56,630 nucleotides of DNA. Source: Methanobacteriota archaeon (lineage in GTDB: Archaea; Halobacteriota; Halobacteria; Halobacteriales; Haloferacaceae). The stretch spans positions 1-56,630 of the forward strand of contig JBNJEE010000001.1 in the NCBI GenBank assembly GCA_051745525.1, written 5' to 3'. Both the position numbers and the translations under genes were made by a program. Below the pieces are notes generated by a model. That model ran no database searches. It was not told the DNA's origin and saw only the letters and a list, made by a program, of their open reading frames with translations. Positions 19,523 to 29,709 of the stretch are shown one piece after another (positions within the stretch are counted from its first letter, which is position 1; each line of letters opens with the position of its first letter).

Positions 19523-22150
19523 ATGGCTCAGGCCGGCACCCAGGACCTCACGGAGCGGTTTATTCAGTTCTATCGCAACTACTATCGGGAGGATATCGGG
19601 CAGCTCGCGCAGCGCTATCCCAACGAGCAGCGCTCGCTGTACGTCTCCTACGACGACCTCTTTCAGTTCGACCGCGACCTCGCCGAGGACTTCCTGAACA
19701 AGCCGGAGCAGATGCGCGAGTACGCCGAGGAGGCGCTGCGGCTCTACGACCTCCCCGCCGACGTCAGCCTCGGCCGCGCGCACGTCCGCATCGAGGACCT
19801 CCCAGAGAGCGTCGACATCCGCGGTATCCGCGTCCACGACGACCACATCGGCAAGCTCGTCTCGATCCAAGGAATCGTCCGCAAGGCCACCGACGTCCGC
19901 CCGAAGGTCACAGAGGCCGCCTTCGAGTGCCAGCGCTGCGGCACGATGACGTATATCCCCCAGTCCGACGGCGGCTTCCAAGAGCCCCACGAGTGCCAAG
20001 GCTGCGAGCGACAGGGCCCCTTCCGCGTCAACTTCGACCAGTCCGAGTTCGTCGACTCCCAGAAGCTCCGCATCCAGGAGTCGCCCGAGGGCCTGCGCGG
20101 CGGCGAGACGCCCCAGTCGCTCGACGTCGACATCGTCGACGACATCACCGGCGAGGTGAGCCCCGGCGACCACGTCACCTGCGTGGGCATCCTCCACATC
20201 GAGCAGGTCGAGCAGGGCAACGAGAAGTCCGCCATCTTCGATCTCTACATGGACGGCGTCTCCATCTCCATCGAGGACGAGGAGTTCGAGGACATGGACA
20301 TCACCGAGGCAGACAAACGCGACATCATCGAGCTCTCCGAGCGCGACGACATCTACGAGGCGATGGTCGGCTCCATCGCCCCCGCCATCTACGGCTACGA
20401 GGAGGAGAAGCTCGCGATGATCCTCCAGCTGTTCTCCGGCGTCACCAAGCACCTCCCCGACGGCTCGCGGATCCGCGGGGACCTGCATATGCTCCTTATC
20501 GGTGACCCTGGTACCGGGAAGTGTCTAAAATATGATACAGAAGTGACACTTATCGGCGGACGAGAAGTTCCGATAGGCGATCTTGTCGAGAACAATCTCG
20601 ATGACCCGAAACCAATCGACGACGGCGTCTTCGACGAGGTCAATTTCGAGGTACCCTCGCTCCAGTCGGACGGAACGATCGGATCCGCGCGAGCGACCAA
20701 AGTCTGGAAGCGCGAGGCTCCCGAAACGATGTATCGTATCGAGACTGCCTCCGGTACGGAACTGGAAGTGACGCCGTCACATCCGCTGTTCGTTCAGAAC
20801 GGTGCCAGACACGTTCCTCGGCGTGCGGATGAACTCGACGTCGGCGACTCCGTGGCCGTCGCACCGCGCGCTGCCACAGATGGGGGCGTCGCTGCGTCTG
20901 GTGATCAGAACACCTCGGTCGTGGAAGGAGTCCGGTTGGAGTCGATCGTGTCAATCGAGCGGGTCGAGTCCGAGGACGACTGGGTCTACGACCTCGAAGT
21001 CGAGGGGACTCACAACTACGTCTCGAACGGGGTCGTCTCTCACAACTCCCAGATGATCTCGTACGTCGAGAACATCGCACCGCGGTCCGTCTACACGTCC
21101 GGTAAAGGAAGTTCTGCAGCGGGCCTTACCGCCGCAGCCGTAAGAGACGACTTCGGCGACGGCCAGCAGTGGTCGCTCGAAGCCGGTGCGCTGGTGCTCG
21201 CAGACAAAGGGATAGCCGCTGTCGACGAGCTGGATAAAATGGATTCGTCTGATAGGTCGGCACTCCATGAGGGCCTTGAACAACAGAAAATCTCGGTCTC
21301 GAAGGCCGGGATCAACGCCACCCTCAAGGCGCGGTGTTCGCTGCTCGGCGCCGCGAACCCGAAGTACGGCCGGTTCGATCAGTACGAGCCGATCGGCGAG
21401 CAGATCGACCTCGAACCCGCGCTCATCTCGCGGTTCGACCTCATCTTCACGGTGACGGATAGCCCGGACCCGGAACACGACTCCCGGCTGGCGAAACACA
21501 TCATCAAGACGAACTACGCCGGCGAGCTCAACACCCAGCGGACGGAGCTGGCGAGCTCGGAGTTCACGTCCGAGCAGGTCGCGGAGGTGACCGAGGAGGT
21601 CGCGCCGGAGATCGACTCGGAGCTGCTGCGCAAGTACATCGCCCACGCGAAGCGGTCGTGCTTCCCGACGATGACCGAGGAGGCGAAGGAACTGATCGAG
21701 GAGTTCTACGTCGACCTCCGCTCGAAGGGCGCCGACGAGGACGCACCGGTGCCCGTTACCGCCCGGAAGCTGGAGGCGATGGTGCGCCTCTCGGAGGCGA
21801 GCGCGCGGGTGCGCCTCTCGGACACGGTCGAGCGCGAGGACGCCGACCGCGCGACGGACATCGTCGAGTCCTGTCTCAAGGACATCGGGGTCGACCCCGA
21901 GACGGGGCAGTTCGACGCCGACGTGGTCGAGACGGGCACCTCGAAGAGCCAGCGCGACCGCATCAAGAACATCAAGGGGCTCATCGCCGACATCGAAGAG
22001 GAGTACGAGGAGGGCGCGCCGGTCGACGAGGTGCTCGACCGCGCGGGCGAGATCGGGATGGACCGAGGAAAGGCCGAACAGGAGATCGAGAAGCTCCGGA
22101 CGAAGGGAGAAGTGTACGAGCCCCAGCAGGGTCACCTCCGGACGACGTAA
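19523..22150 (+). CDS. mcm: Replicative helicase MCM, intein-containing
   Basis: CQRC..CQGC zinc finger, GDPGTGK|SQ Walker A split by an intein, VDELDKM, GAANP, SRFDL. Confidence 0.98.
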   Translation: MAQAGTQDLTERFIQFYRNYYREDIGQLAQRYPNEQRSLYVSYDDLFQFDRDLAEDFLNKPEQMREYAEEALRLYDLPADVSLGRAHVRIEDLPESVDIRGIRVHDDHIGKLVSIQGIVRKATDVRPKVTEAAFECQRCGTMTYIPQSDGGFQEPHECQGCERQGPFRVNFDQSEFVDSQKLRIQESPEGLRGGETPQSLDVDIVDDITGEVSPGDHVTCVGILHIEQVEQGNEKSAIFDLYMDGVSISIEDEEFEDMDITEADKRDIIELSERDDIYEAMVGSIAPAIYGYEEEKLAMILQLFSGVTKHLPDGSRIRGDLHMLLIGDPGTGKCLKYDTEVTLIGGREVPIGDLVENNLDDPKPIDDGVFDEVNFEVPSLQSDGTIGSARATKVWKREAPETMYRIETASGTELEVTPSHPLFVQNGARHVPRRADELDVGDSVAVAPRAATDGGVAASGDQNTSVVEGVRLESIVSIERVESEDDWVYDLEVEGTHNYVSNGVVSHNSQMISYVENIAPRSVYTSGKGSSAAGLTAAAVRDDFGDGQQWSLEAGALVLADKGIAAVDELDKMDSSDRSALHEGLEQQKISVSKAGINATLKARCSLLGAANPKYGRFDQYEPIGEQIDLEPALISRFDLIFTVTDSPDPEHDSRLAKHIIKTNYAGELNTQRTELASSEFTSEQVAEVTEEVAPEIDSELLRKYIAHAKRSCFPTMTEEAKELIEEFYVDLRSKGADEDAPVPVTARKLEAMVRLSEASARVRLSDTVEREDADRATDIVESCLKDIGVDPETGQFDADVVETGTSKSQRDRIKNIKGLIADIEEEYEEGAPVDEVLDRAGEIGMDRGKAEQEIEKLRTKGEVYEPQQGHLRTT
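20522..21046 (+). mobile_element. Mini-intein (175 aa, no homing endonuclease) in the MCM Walker A motif
   Basis: Starts CLKYDTEV, block B VTPSHPL, ends VYDLEVEGTHNYVSNGVVSHN followed by Ser; lower GC than the extein. Confidence 0.95.
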
Positions 22151-22459
22151 ATGATGGACAGGATCTCCGCGATACGGAACGTCGAGGACGCGCTCCGCGA
22201 GTTCGAGAACGGCGACGCCGACCTCGCGGCCACGGAGCGGCGCGTCGCGGCCGTGCTCCGGACGTACGCCACCGAGTTCGACGGCGACGGCGACGTGTTC
22301 CGCGCGGTCGGCGACGACGCCGTCGACGGCACGGTCGTCGTCGCGCCCTCGGAACCGGCCGCCCGCGACCGCGTCCTCGCGGCGAGCGGCGTCGACGGGG
22401 AACGCGACCCGGACGCCGCCGACGGCGACGATCTCGCGTTCGACGTCGAGCGGTTCTGA
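22151..22459 (+). CDS. Conserved haloarchaeal hypothetical protein (mcm-minD cluster)
   Basis: Starts immediately after the mcm stop; acidic, typical codon usage. Confidence 0.75.
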   Translation: MMDRISAIRNVEDALREFENGDADLAATERRVAAVLRTYATEFDGDGDVFRAVGDDAVDGTVVVAPSEPAARDRVLAASGVDGERDPDAADGDDLAFDVERF

Positions 22460-22564
22460 CCGGCGATATCGGAGCCGCGTGCGGATGGTGGGCCGCGGTC
22501 GCTGAAGGCGGCTGAAACGTTTCGGTCCGGAACGAATAAATTCTAAGATCGACCACCGGCGGGC

Positions 22565-22903
22565 GTGTTGTTGGTCGTGACGTATTCGGCGGCCGCCCGG
22601 ACCGGTCTCCGAAACCTGTGTCGCCGCCACGAGTCGGTCGTCGCCCGCCGGTTCGGCCGCGCCGCGCTGTTCGACGAGACGGTGTACGCCGCGTTCCTCG
22701 CGTTGCGGTTGCGGGAGTCGCACGGCGGGGACGTTCAGATAGAGCGCACCGAGCCGTTCAACGAGTTCGTCGCCGTCGACGACAAAATCCGAGCGGCCGC
22801 CGCGGCCTACGCGGACCGATCCGCGAAGTCGACGCCGTACGCCGCCTTCGCGGCGGGGACGGAGCATCCGGACCCGGACGCCATGCGCGGCCGAGAGCTG
22901 TGA
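22565..22903 (+). CDS. Conserved haloarchaeal hypothetical protein
   Basis: GTG start after an AT-rich box; stop overlaps the next start. Confidence 0.7.
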   Translation: MLLVVTYSAAARTGLRNLCRRHESVVARRFGRAALFDETVYAAFLALRLRESHGGDVQIERTEPFNEFVAVDDKIRAAAAAYADRSAKSTPYAAFAAGTEHPDPDAMRGREL

Positions 22904-23694
22904 CCGGGGCGCGGTCGACGTCGTCGAGATCGGACCGCGAGGAGCCCGGGAGCCTCTCCGTCGAAGCGCCTCCGGAACCGGACGCGGTACTCGGACGGCT
23001 CCCGACCGAGGCGGGGCTGCGACGACAGCTCGCGGCGGCCGCGCGCTCGCGAGGCCGGACCGCGTCGGTCACGGAGGAGATCGAGGAGATCGAGGCCGAA
23101 CTCGCGGCGATCGAGATCGAACCGGTCGACCTAACGGCGGCGCGGCGGCGGGTCGCCGAGACGACAGGCGAGACCGAGCGGCTGAAGGAACGGGTCGCGG
23201 CGCTGCGCGGCGACGCCCGGGCGCGCCGCGCGGTCAACGCCGAGGCGGACGAGACGCTCGACGAGTTGGAAGCGGCGGCCGCGGAGCTGTCGGCCGCACA
23301 GACGGAGGCGATCGCCGCCGAGCAGGCGCTCGAACGCGCGCGGGCCGAGGCGGCCCGGAACCGGGACGAGCGCCGGCGGCGACTGCGGCTCCGCGACCGG
23401 CTCCGAAACCGGCGGCGGACCGCCCGACGCGAACTCGCCGCGTCGGTGTATCCGGCGTTCCGGCGCGCGCTCGGGATCGTTCCGGGCGGCGATCCGAGCG
23501 CCGCCGGCGCGGAGCCGAGCGCGTACGACGGGGCCCCCGTCGCGGCGTCGCTCGCGGCGGTCAGGATCGCGGCGCTCGACGGCGTCGTCGAACTGCGCGG
23601 CGACGCGGCCCGAGCGGTCGAAGCGTCGGAGCGGAGCGCGCGGTCGCTGCTCCGGACGGTCGCGGTTCGTGTGGGTTCTGGGCCCGACATTTAA
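22900..23694 (+). CDS. Coiled-coil hypothetical protein
   Basis: GTGA overlap with the previous gene; long A/E/R heptad region. Confidence 0.7.
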   Translation: MTGARSTSSRSDREEPGSLSVEAPPEPDAVLGRLPTEAGLRRQLAAAARSRGRTASVTEEIEEIEAELAAIEIEPVDLTAARRRVAETTGETERLKERVAALRGDARARRAVNAEADETLDELEAAAAELSAAQTEAIAAEQALERARAEAARNRDERRRRLRLRDRLRNRRRTARRELAASVYPAFRRALGIVPGGDPSAAGAEPSAYDGAPVAASLAAVRIAALDGVVELRGDAARAVEASERSARSLLRTVAVRVGSGPDI

Positions 23695-23718
23695 ATACGA
23701 TTCCGCGGGACCCGGCGC

Positions 23719-24495
23719 ATGGAACTCGACTGGTCCGTCGACCGCGAGGGGGACGCGTCGCTCGTCGGCGTCCGGGTGCGCAACGACGGAGCGGTACCGC
23801 ATCGCGTCCGGATCGAGAGCCGGCTGGACGGCCCCGTCCTCCCGCCGCGGCGCGGCGGGGTCCCCGAGTCAGGGTGGGACGCCGCGGGCGTGACGACGGT
23901 GATCGATCCCGGCGAGCGCGCGGCGTTCGGGTTCGCGGCGCTCGCGGACCGTGTCGAGCCTCCGGTCGAAATCGCGAGCGTCGAGCCCGCGACGGCGGAC
24001 GCGGCGACCGAAGACGGGGCTGACCTCGCGCGAGCGGCGGTGCGGGACCTCGAATCGCATCGCCCCCCGCGGCGCGCGGTCGACGGAGCAGGCGCGGTCG
24101 ACGGCGTCAACGAGGAGGGCGACGACACAGGAACGGGCGACTTGGAGAGCCAGACGCGCCCCGAAAACGAGGAAGCGGCCGGTTCTGACGGCGACGCAGA
24201 TCGGTCGGAGGCTCCCGAACCGCCGCCGAGCGCGGCGGGCCCCGACGAGGTCGACGCGTGGTTCGCGGCCGTCGAGGCACGGATCGAGCGGGCGGAGCGG
24301 CTGACCGACGCAGACCTCGCGACGGCGACGAGGGCCGTCGCGGAGGCCGGTGGCCTCGGTACAGTCACGGAACTCGACGAGCGCGTCGCGGCCGACGCCG
24401 AGCGACTGCGGGCGGTCCGCGACCGGGCCGCGGCGCTCGCGGAGCGCGCCGAGGAGAGCGAGGTCCCGACCGAGGCGCTGGAGGCGCTGGCGTGA
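23719..24495 (+). CDS. Hypothetical protein (beta N-domain, acidic linker, helical C-terminus)
   Basis: TTTAAATA about 25 bp upstream; GTGA overlap with minD. Confidence 0.75.
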   Translation: MELDWSVDREGDASLVGVRVRNDGAVPHRVRIESRLDGPVLPPRRGGVPESGWDAAGVTTVIDPGERAAFGFAALADRVEPPVEIASVEPATADAATEDGADLARAAVRDLESHRPPRRAVDGAGAVDGVNEEGDDTGTGDLESQTRPENEEAAGSDGDADRSEAPEPPPSAAGPDEVDAWFAAVEARIERAERLTDADLATATRAVAEAGGLGTVTELDERVAADAERLRAVRDRAAALAERAEESEVPTEALEALA

Positions 24496-25142
24496 TCCTC
24501 GCGGTCGCGGGCGGGAAGGGCGGCGTGGGGAAGACGACGCTCGCGTACAACGTCGCCGCCGAACTCGACGGGGTCGTCGCCGACGCCGACCTCGGGATGG
24601 CCGACCTCCCGGACGGCCGCGGCCCCGACCTCCACGACGTGCTCGCCGGCGCAGCGGACCCGATAGAGACGGTTCGGGCGGGTCCGGTCGACATCGTCCC
24701 GTGCGGGCGGACGCTGGCCGGCGCGCGGGCGGCCGACCTGGCGCGGCTAGAGGGGGCGGTCGACGCGGTCGAGCGCGAGTTCGGGACCGTCGTCCTCGAC
24801 TGTCCTGCGGGGCGCCGCGCGGACGCCGGCGTGCCGCTGGCGGTCGCGGACGCCTGCCTCCTCGTCGTCTCGCCCCGGGCGTTCGCGCTGGCCGACGCGA
24901 TCCGCACCCGGGAACTCGCCTGCGAGCTCAACGCCGGACTGGTCGGGTGCGCGGTCAACCGCGTGACCGAGCCGCCGCCGGTCGAACCGATCGGCGACGC
25001 GCTCGGCGCGCCGGTCGAGGTGGTCCCGGCCGATCCCCGCGTCGGGCGGTCAGTGGAGGCGGAGCGGCCGATTGTGAACGCCGCGCCCGACAGCGAGGCC
25101 GCGGCGGCGGTCCGCGCGCTCGCTCGGCGGGTCCCGAAGTGA
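24492..25142 (+). CDS. minD: MinD/ParA family ATPase
   Basis: GGKGGVGKTT deviant Walker A, DADLGMADL, VLDCPAG, VNR. Confidence 0.88.
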   Translation: MILAVAGGKGGVGKTTLAYNVAAELDGVVADADLGMADLPDGRGPDLHDVLAGAADPIETVRAGPVDIVPCGRTLAGARAADLARLEGAVDAVEREFGTVVLDCPAGRRADAGVPLAVADACLLVVSPRAFALADAIRTRELACELNAGLVGCAVNRVTEPPPVEPIGDALGAPVEVVPADPRVGRSVEAERPIVNAAPDSEAAAAVRALARRVPK

Positions 25143-25220
25143 GTGGCGCGAGACGAGAGAGACGAGAACGTCGTCGCGACACCACGCCTTTTTACTCCGA
25201 CCGTCCCGTCAGCGAGAGCG

Positions 25221-25919
25221 ATGATCAGGGTCGCGCTCGTCGTCGGCGTCGCCGTCGTCGCCGCGCTCGCGGTCTCGGTCGGTCCGCTGTACGCGGCAGA
25301 CCGCTTCCGCGACCTGCGGGAGCCGACGGACGCGGAGCGCGCGCAGATCGCGGCGCTGGCGGAACCCGGCGGACTCGACGTCGACCGGATCGCGATCGAG
25401 TCCGTCGGGGTTGGGGGTGACGTCGCCGGCGACGGAGCGGAGCCGGCCGGTCCCGGCTCCGCGGAGGTTTCGGTCCGGGGACCGCCCGGTCGGCGGGTGC
25501 TGTTCCTCACGGCGGACGTGTTGACCGACCTCGACGAGGACGTGGCGGTCGGCCTGCTCGCGGCGGAAGCCGGGCGGGTCGAGACGTACTACGCCGAGTT
25601 CCGCGCGGTCGCCGTCGGCGCCGTGTTGGCGACGCTGGCGGCGGTCGTCACGGCGCTCGTCCCGTTCGAGTCCGGCTTTGCCGCCGTCGTTGCCGTGGGG
25701 CTCGCCTCCTTCTGGGCCGGTCGGCGGGTCCAGTACGCGGCCGACGCCCGCGCCGCGGAAGCGGTCGGCGCCGACCGCGTCGCCGACGCGTTCGAGCGCG
25801 TCGCGGAGCGCCGCGGGGTCGAACCGGAGACCGGGGACTGGTCGACGTGGTTCGAGGTCCAGCCGCCCCTCGGGGACCGGATCGCGCGGCTCCGCGACGA
25901 GGCGGCGGACGACAAGTAG
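25221..25919 (+). CDS. M48/HtpX-like membrane protein with a degenerate active site
   Basis: TM segments, YAADARAA and QPPLGDRIARL; the HExxH position reads AEAGR. Confidence 0.7.
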   Translation: MIRVALVVGVAVVAALAVSVGPLYAADRFRDLREPTDAERAQIAALAEPGGLDVDRIAIESVGVGGDVAGDGAEPAGPGSAEVSVRGPPGRRVLFLTADVLTDLDEDVAVGLLAAEAGRVETYYAEFRAVAVGAVLATLAAVVTALVPFESGFAAVVAVGLASFWAGRRVQYAADARAAEAVGADRVADAFERVAERRGVEPETGDWSTWFEVQPPLGDRIARLRDEAADDK

Positions 25920-25979
25920 GAAGGGGAGGAACGACCCGAGCGTAGCAAGCGAGAACCGACGGTCCGAGCCGGCGGCGGC

Positions 25980-26285
25980 TCAGTTCCCGGAGCGCCGAGC
26001 GATGGCGGTCTCGGGACCGATGTGGACGTCGTAGCCCGCGACGGTGAGCGAGACGTCGACATCGGCGTCGGGCCGGCCCGCGACGAGCGCGTTCAGCGCG
26101 TCGGGGTCGACGTGTTCGTACAGTACCACGCCCTCCTCGGGTAGGTCGGCCGAGTCGACCCCCGCGAGGTCTGCGATCGCCTCAACGACCGCGAGGCTGG
26201 GACTGGGACCGCCGCCGCCGTGCGTGACGCGAGCCGTCTCGGCTGCCGAACCGGTGTCGCTCGAATCGGCCGTTACGCTGCTCAT
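25980..26285 (-). CDS. HalOD1 output-domain protein
   Basis: PSLAVVEAIADLAGVD...LYEHVDPDALNAL signature. Confidence 0.85.
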   Translation of the reverse strand: MSSVTADSSDTGSAAETARVTHGGGGPSPSLAVVEAIADLAGVDSADLPEEGVVLYEHVDPDALNALVAGRPDADVDVSLTVAGYDVHIGPETAIARRSGN

Positions 26286-26407
26286 ACGTTGGCTCTCGCC
26301 GGAGCTGTATATAAATGAGCCGTTTAATTTATCAGGATTGATTCTGCTTCGGCGGCTCGGTCCCGGAACCGTTACCAACCAGCCGCACGCGTGTAGAGAC
26401 AACTCGA

Positions 26408-27943
26408 ATGCGACTCCCGGAACGACAGCTCGCGGTCCTCGAGGCCGCGAGCGCGACGGACGAACGAACGGTGGCGGAGATAGCCGCGGAGACCGACCTG
26501 AAGCCGGAGACGGTTGCCGGCGCGGCCTTCGACCTGGCCGATGAGGGGCTCGTCGCGGTCGGGTCGGTGACCGACGAGACGCTCGAACTCACCGACGAGG
26601 GACGGAGCTACGTCGAGGCGGGGCTCCCCGAGACGCGGCTCTACCGGGCCGGGCTCGACGCGGGTGCCGACGCCGAGCCGGTCTCGATGGGTGCGGTCAT
26701 CAGCGAGGCGGGGCTGGAGGGCCCCGAGATCGATATCGCGCTCGCGAACTTCGCGCGGAAGGGCCTCGGGAGCGTCGACGGCGGCAACCTCTCGGTCGAC
26801 ACGGACGCCGACCCGGACGCCGACCCCGAGGCGACAGCGCTCGCGGCGCTCGCGGACGCCGACGACGGGGGAGCCGGCCTCGACGCGGACGCCCTCGATG
26901 TCGACGAGGCGGTGATCGAACAGCTCGACTCCCGTGGACTGGTCGCGGTCGGCGAGTCGGTCACCCGGACGGTGACGCTCGCCGACGACGGCGTCGACGC
27001 GCTGATGACCGGGGTGGAGGCGACTGAGACGGTCGGGGCGCTCACGCCGGAGCTCCTCGCCAGCGGCGAGTGGCGCGACGCCGAGTTCGCCGAGTACAAC
27101 GTCGAGGCCGAGGCGGAGACGGCCCGCGGCGGCCGCAAACACGTCCTCCGTCGGACCGCCGACCGCGTGAAGGACGTGCTGGTCGGGATGGGCTTTTCGG
27201 AGATGGAGGGTCCCCACGCCGACGCCGACTTCTGGATCAACGACTGCCTGTTCATGCCCCAGGACCACCCGGCACGGACCCACTGGGACAGATTCGCGCT
27301 CGACGTGGACCAGATGGAGGGCATTCCCGACGAGCTGATGGCCCGCGTCGAGGCCGCCCACCGCGACGGCTGGGGGCTCGACGGCGACGGCTACCACTCG
27401 CCGTGGTCCGCCGACTTCGCCCGCGAGGTCGCGCTCCGCGGCCACACCACCTCGCTTTCGATGCGCTACCTCTCGGGGATCGCCGGCGCCGAACTGGAGC
27501 CGCCCCAGCGCTACTTCTCTGTCGAGAAGGTGTACCGAAACGACACGCTCGACCCGACGCACCTGCTCGAGTTCTTCCAGATCGAAGGGTGGGTGATGGC
27601 CGAGGACCTCTCGGTGCGCGACCTGATGGGCACCTTCGAGGAGTTCTACCGGCAGTTCGGGATCACGGACATCCGGTTCAAGCCGCATTACAACCCCTAC
27701 ACCGAGCCCTCCTTCGAGCTGTTCGGCGAGCACCCGGAGACGGGCGAGGAGATCGAGATCGGTAACTCCGGCGTCTTCCGCGAGGAGGTCACCGGCCCGC
27801 TCGGTGTCGACTGCGACGTGATGGCGTGGGGGCTCGCCTTAGAGCGACTGGCGATGCTCACGACCGGCGCCGAGGACATCCGCGACCTCCACGGGACCTT
27901 GGCCGACATCGACTTCCTGCGGAACGCGGAGGTGAGCTACTGA
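26408..27943 (+). CDS. pheS: Phenylalanine--tRNA ligase alpha subunit
   Basis: FMPQDHPAR, LRGHTT, YRNDTLDPTHLLEFFQIEG, PYTEPS, AWGLALERL. Confidence 0.97.
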   Translation: MRLPERQLAVLEAASATDERTVAEIAAETDLKPETVAGAAFDLADEGLVAVGSVTDETLELTDEGRSYVEAGLPETRLYRAGLDAGADAEPVSMGAVISEAGLEGPEIDIALANFARKGLGSVDGGNLSVDTDADPDADPEATALAALADADDGGAGLDADALDVDEAVIEQLDSRGLVAVGESVTRTVTLADDGVDALMTGVEATETVGALTPELLASGEWRDAEFAEYNVEAEAETARGGRKHVLRRTADRVKDVLVGMGFSEMEGPHADADFWINDCLFMPQDHPARTHWDRFALDVDQMEGIPDELMARVEAAHRDGWGLDGDGYHSPWSADFAREVALRGHTTSLSMRYLSGIAGAELEPPQRYFSVEKVYRNDTLDPTHLLEFFQIEGWVMAEDLSVRDLMGTFEEFYRQFGITDIRFKPHYNPYTEPSFELFGEHPETGEEIEIGNSGVFREEVTGPLGVDCDVMAWGLALERLAMLTTGAEDIRDLHGTLADIDFLRNAEVSY

Positions 27944-29709
27944 TGCCCGTCGTCGACATCGACCCCGACGAGCTCCGCGAGCTCACCGGCCACGAGGAGA
28001 AGGACGACGAGGAGCTCAAGGCGGACCTGTTCGGGCTCGGCTTGGAGTTCGAGGGCGAGACCGACGACGGCATGTCCCAGTTCGAGTTCGCGCCCGACCG
28101 CCTCGATCGGCTCTCCGTCGAGGGGGTCGCGCGCTCGCTGCGCTACCACTACGGCGACGCCCGCGGCGTGTACGTGCCGAACGCGAACGACCCCGAGTGG
28201 ACCATCGAGGTCGACGAGTCGGTGCCCGACGAGCGCCCGTACGTCACCGGCGCGGTGGTCCGCGGCGTCGACCTCGACGAGGCGGCGCTGGAGTCGCTGA
28301 TCCAGCTGCAAGAGAAGCTCCACGCGACGATGGGCCGCGGCCGCGCGAAGGGCGCCATCGGCATCCACGACCTCGCGATGGTGAAGGGCGCGCCGCTCCA
28401 GGAGGGCGCGGAGCCGTCGGTCACCTACCGCGGCGTCGACCCCGACAGCGAGACGTTCGTGCCGCTCGATTCGAACGACGAGCTGACCCCCGCCGAGGTG
28501 TTGGCGGAACACGACACGGGGACGACCTACGCCGACCTCGTCGATGACCTCGACCGCTACCCCGCGATCTACGACGAGCTCGGGCTGTTCTCGTTCCCGC
28601 CGGTGATCAACGGGAAGCGCACCGAGGTAACGACGGGCTCCCGCGAGCTGCTCGTCGAACTCACTGGCACCGACCAGTGGACCATCGACCGGATGTGCAC
28701 GATTATCTGTTACGCGCTGTCGGCCCGCGGCGCGACGATCGAGGAGGTCGAGGTGAGCTACGCCGACGGCGCGACCCATCCGAGCGAGTACGGGGCCGAA
28801 CTCGTCCGCCCCGACTTCGAGGTCGACGAGAAGACCGTCTCGCACGACCGGATCGAGACGCTGCTCGGCGTCGACTTCGAGCCCGAGGAGGTCGTCGACT
28901 GCTTCGAGCGCGCCGGCCTCGACGCCTCTTACACCCTCGACGAGGACGTGACCTACGAGGTGGAGATTCCGCCGTACCGCGTCGACGTGCTCCACCCGCT
29001 CGACCTCGTCGACGACGTGGGGCGCGCCTATGGCTTCGACAACCTGGAGCCGCGCTACCCCGACGTAGGGACGGTGGGCGGCCGCCACGAGCGCTCGCGG
29101 CTGGAGGACGCGGTCCGGACGAGCCTCGTCGGCCTCGGCTTCGAGGACCTGCTGAACTTCCACATGACGAGCGGGACCGAGAACTACGACCGGATGAACG
29201 TCGAGGCCGGCACCGGCGGCGCCGCGGTCGCGGCCGACGAGGACGGCGTCTTCGGCGGCGGCAACCCGGTCGAGATCACGGAACCGTACAGCGAGGAGTA
29301 CACCCAACTGCGCACCTGGGCGCTCCCGTCGCTCGTGATGCTGTTGGAGCGGAACACCCACAACGCTTACCCGCAGGACGTCGCCGAGGTCGGCTTCGTC
29401 GCCGAGCGCGACGACGCCGAGGAGACGAACGTCGCCGAGTCCAGACACGTGGCTGGCGCGGTCGCCCGCCGCGACGCCTCCTACGAGGCCGCGAAGGGCC
29501 GTCTCCAGGCGCTCTGTGACGACTTCGGCGTCGAGCTGGCGACCCCGCGGACCGAACACCCCTCGTTCATCGAGGGGCGCGCCGCAGCTGTGGAGATCGA
29601 CGGCGGGCGCGTCGGCGTGGTCGGCGAACTCCACCCCGCGGTGCTCGTCGAACACGACCTCGAGGTGCCGGTCGCCGCCTTCGAGTTCGACCTCGACGCG
29701 CTGCGGTGA
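27943..29709 (+). CDS. pheT: Phenylalanine--tRNA ligase beta subunit
   Basis: PDRLDRLSVEG, QEKLH, SFPPVIN, PPYRVDVLH; TGATG overlap with pheS. Confidence 0.97.
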   Translation: MPVVDIDPDELRELTGHEEKDDEELKADLFGLGLEFEGETDDGMSQFEFAPDRLDRLSVEGVARSLRYHYGDARGVYVPNANDPEWTIEVDESVPDERPYVTGAVVRGVDLDEAALESLIQLQEKLHATMGRGRAKGAIGIHDLAMVKGAPLQEGAEPSVTYRGVDPDSETFVPLDSNDELTPAEVLAEHDTGTTYADLVDDLDRYPAIYDELGLFSFPPVINGKRTEVTTGSRELLVELTGTDQWTIDRMCTIICYALSARGATIEEVEVSYADGATHPSEYGAELVRPDFEVDEKTVSHDRIETLLGVDFEPEEVVDCFERAGLDASYTLDEDVTYEVEIPPYRVDVLHPLDLVDDVGRAYGFDNLEPRYPDVGTVGGRHERSRLEDAVRTSLVGLGFEDLLNFHMTSGTENYDRMNVEAGTGGAAVAADEDGVFGGGNPVEITEPYSEEYTQLRTWALPSLVMLLERNTHNAYPQDVAEVGFVAERDDAEETNVAESRHVAGAVARRDASYEAAKGRLQALCDDFGVELATPRTEHPSFIEGRAAAVEIDGGRVGVVGELHPAVLVEHDLEVPVAAFEFDLDALR

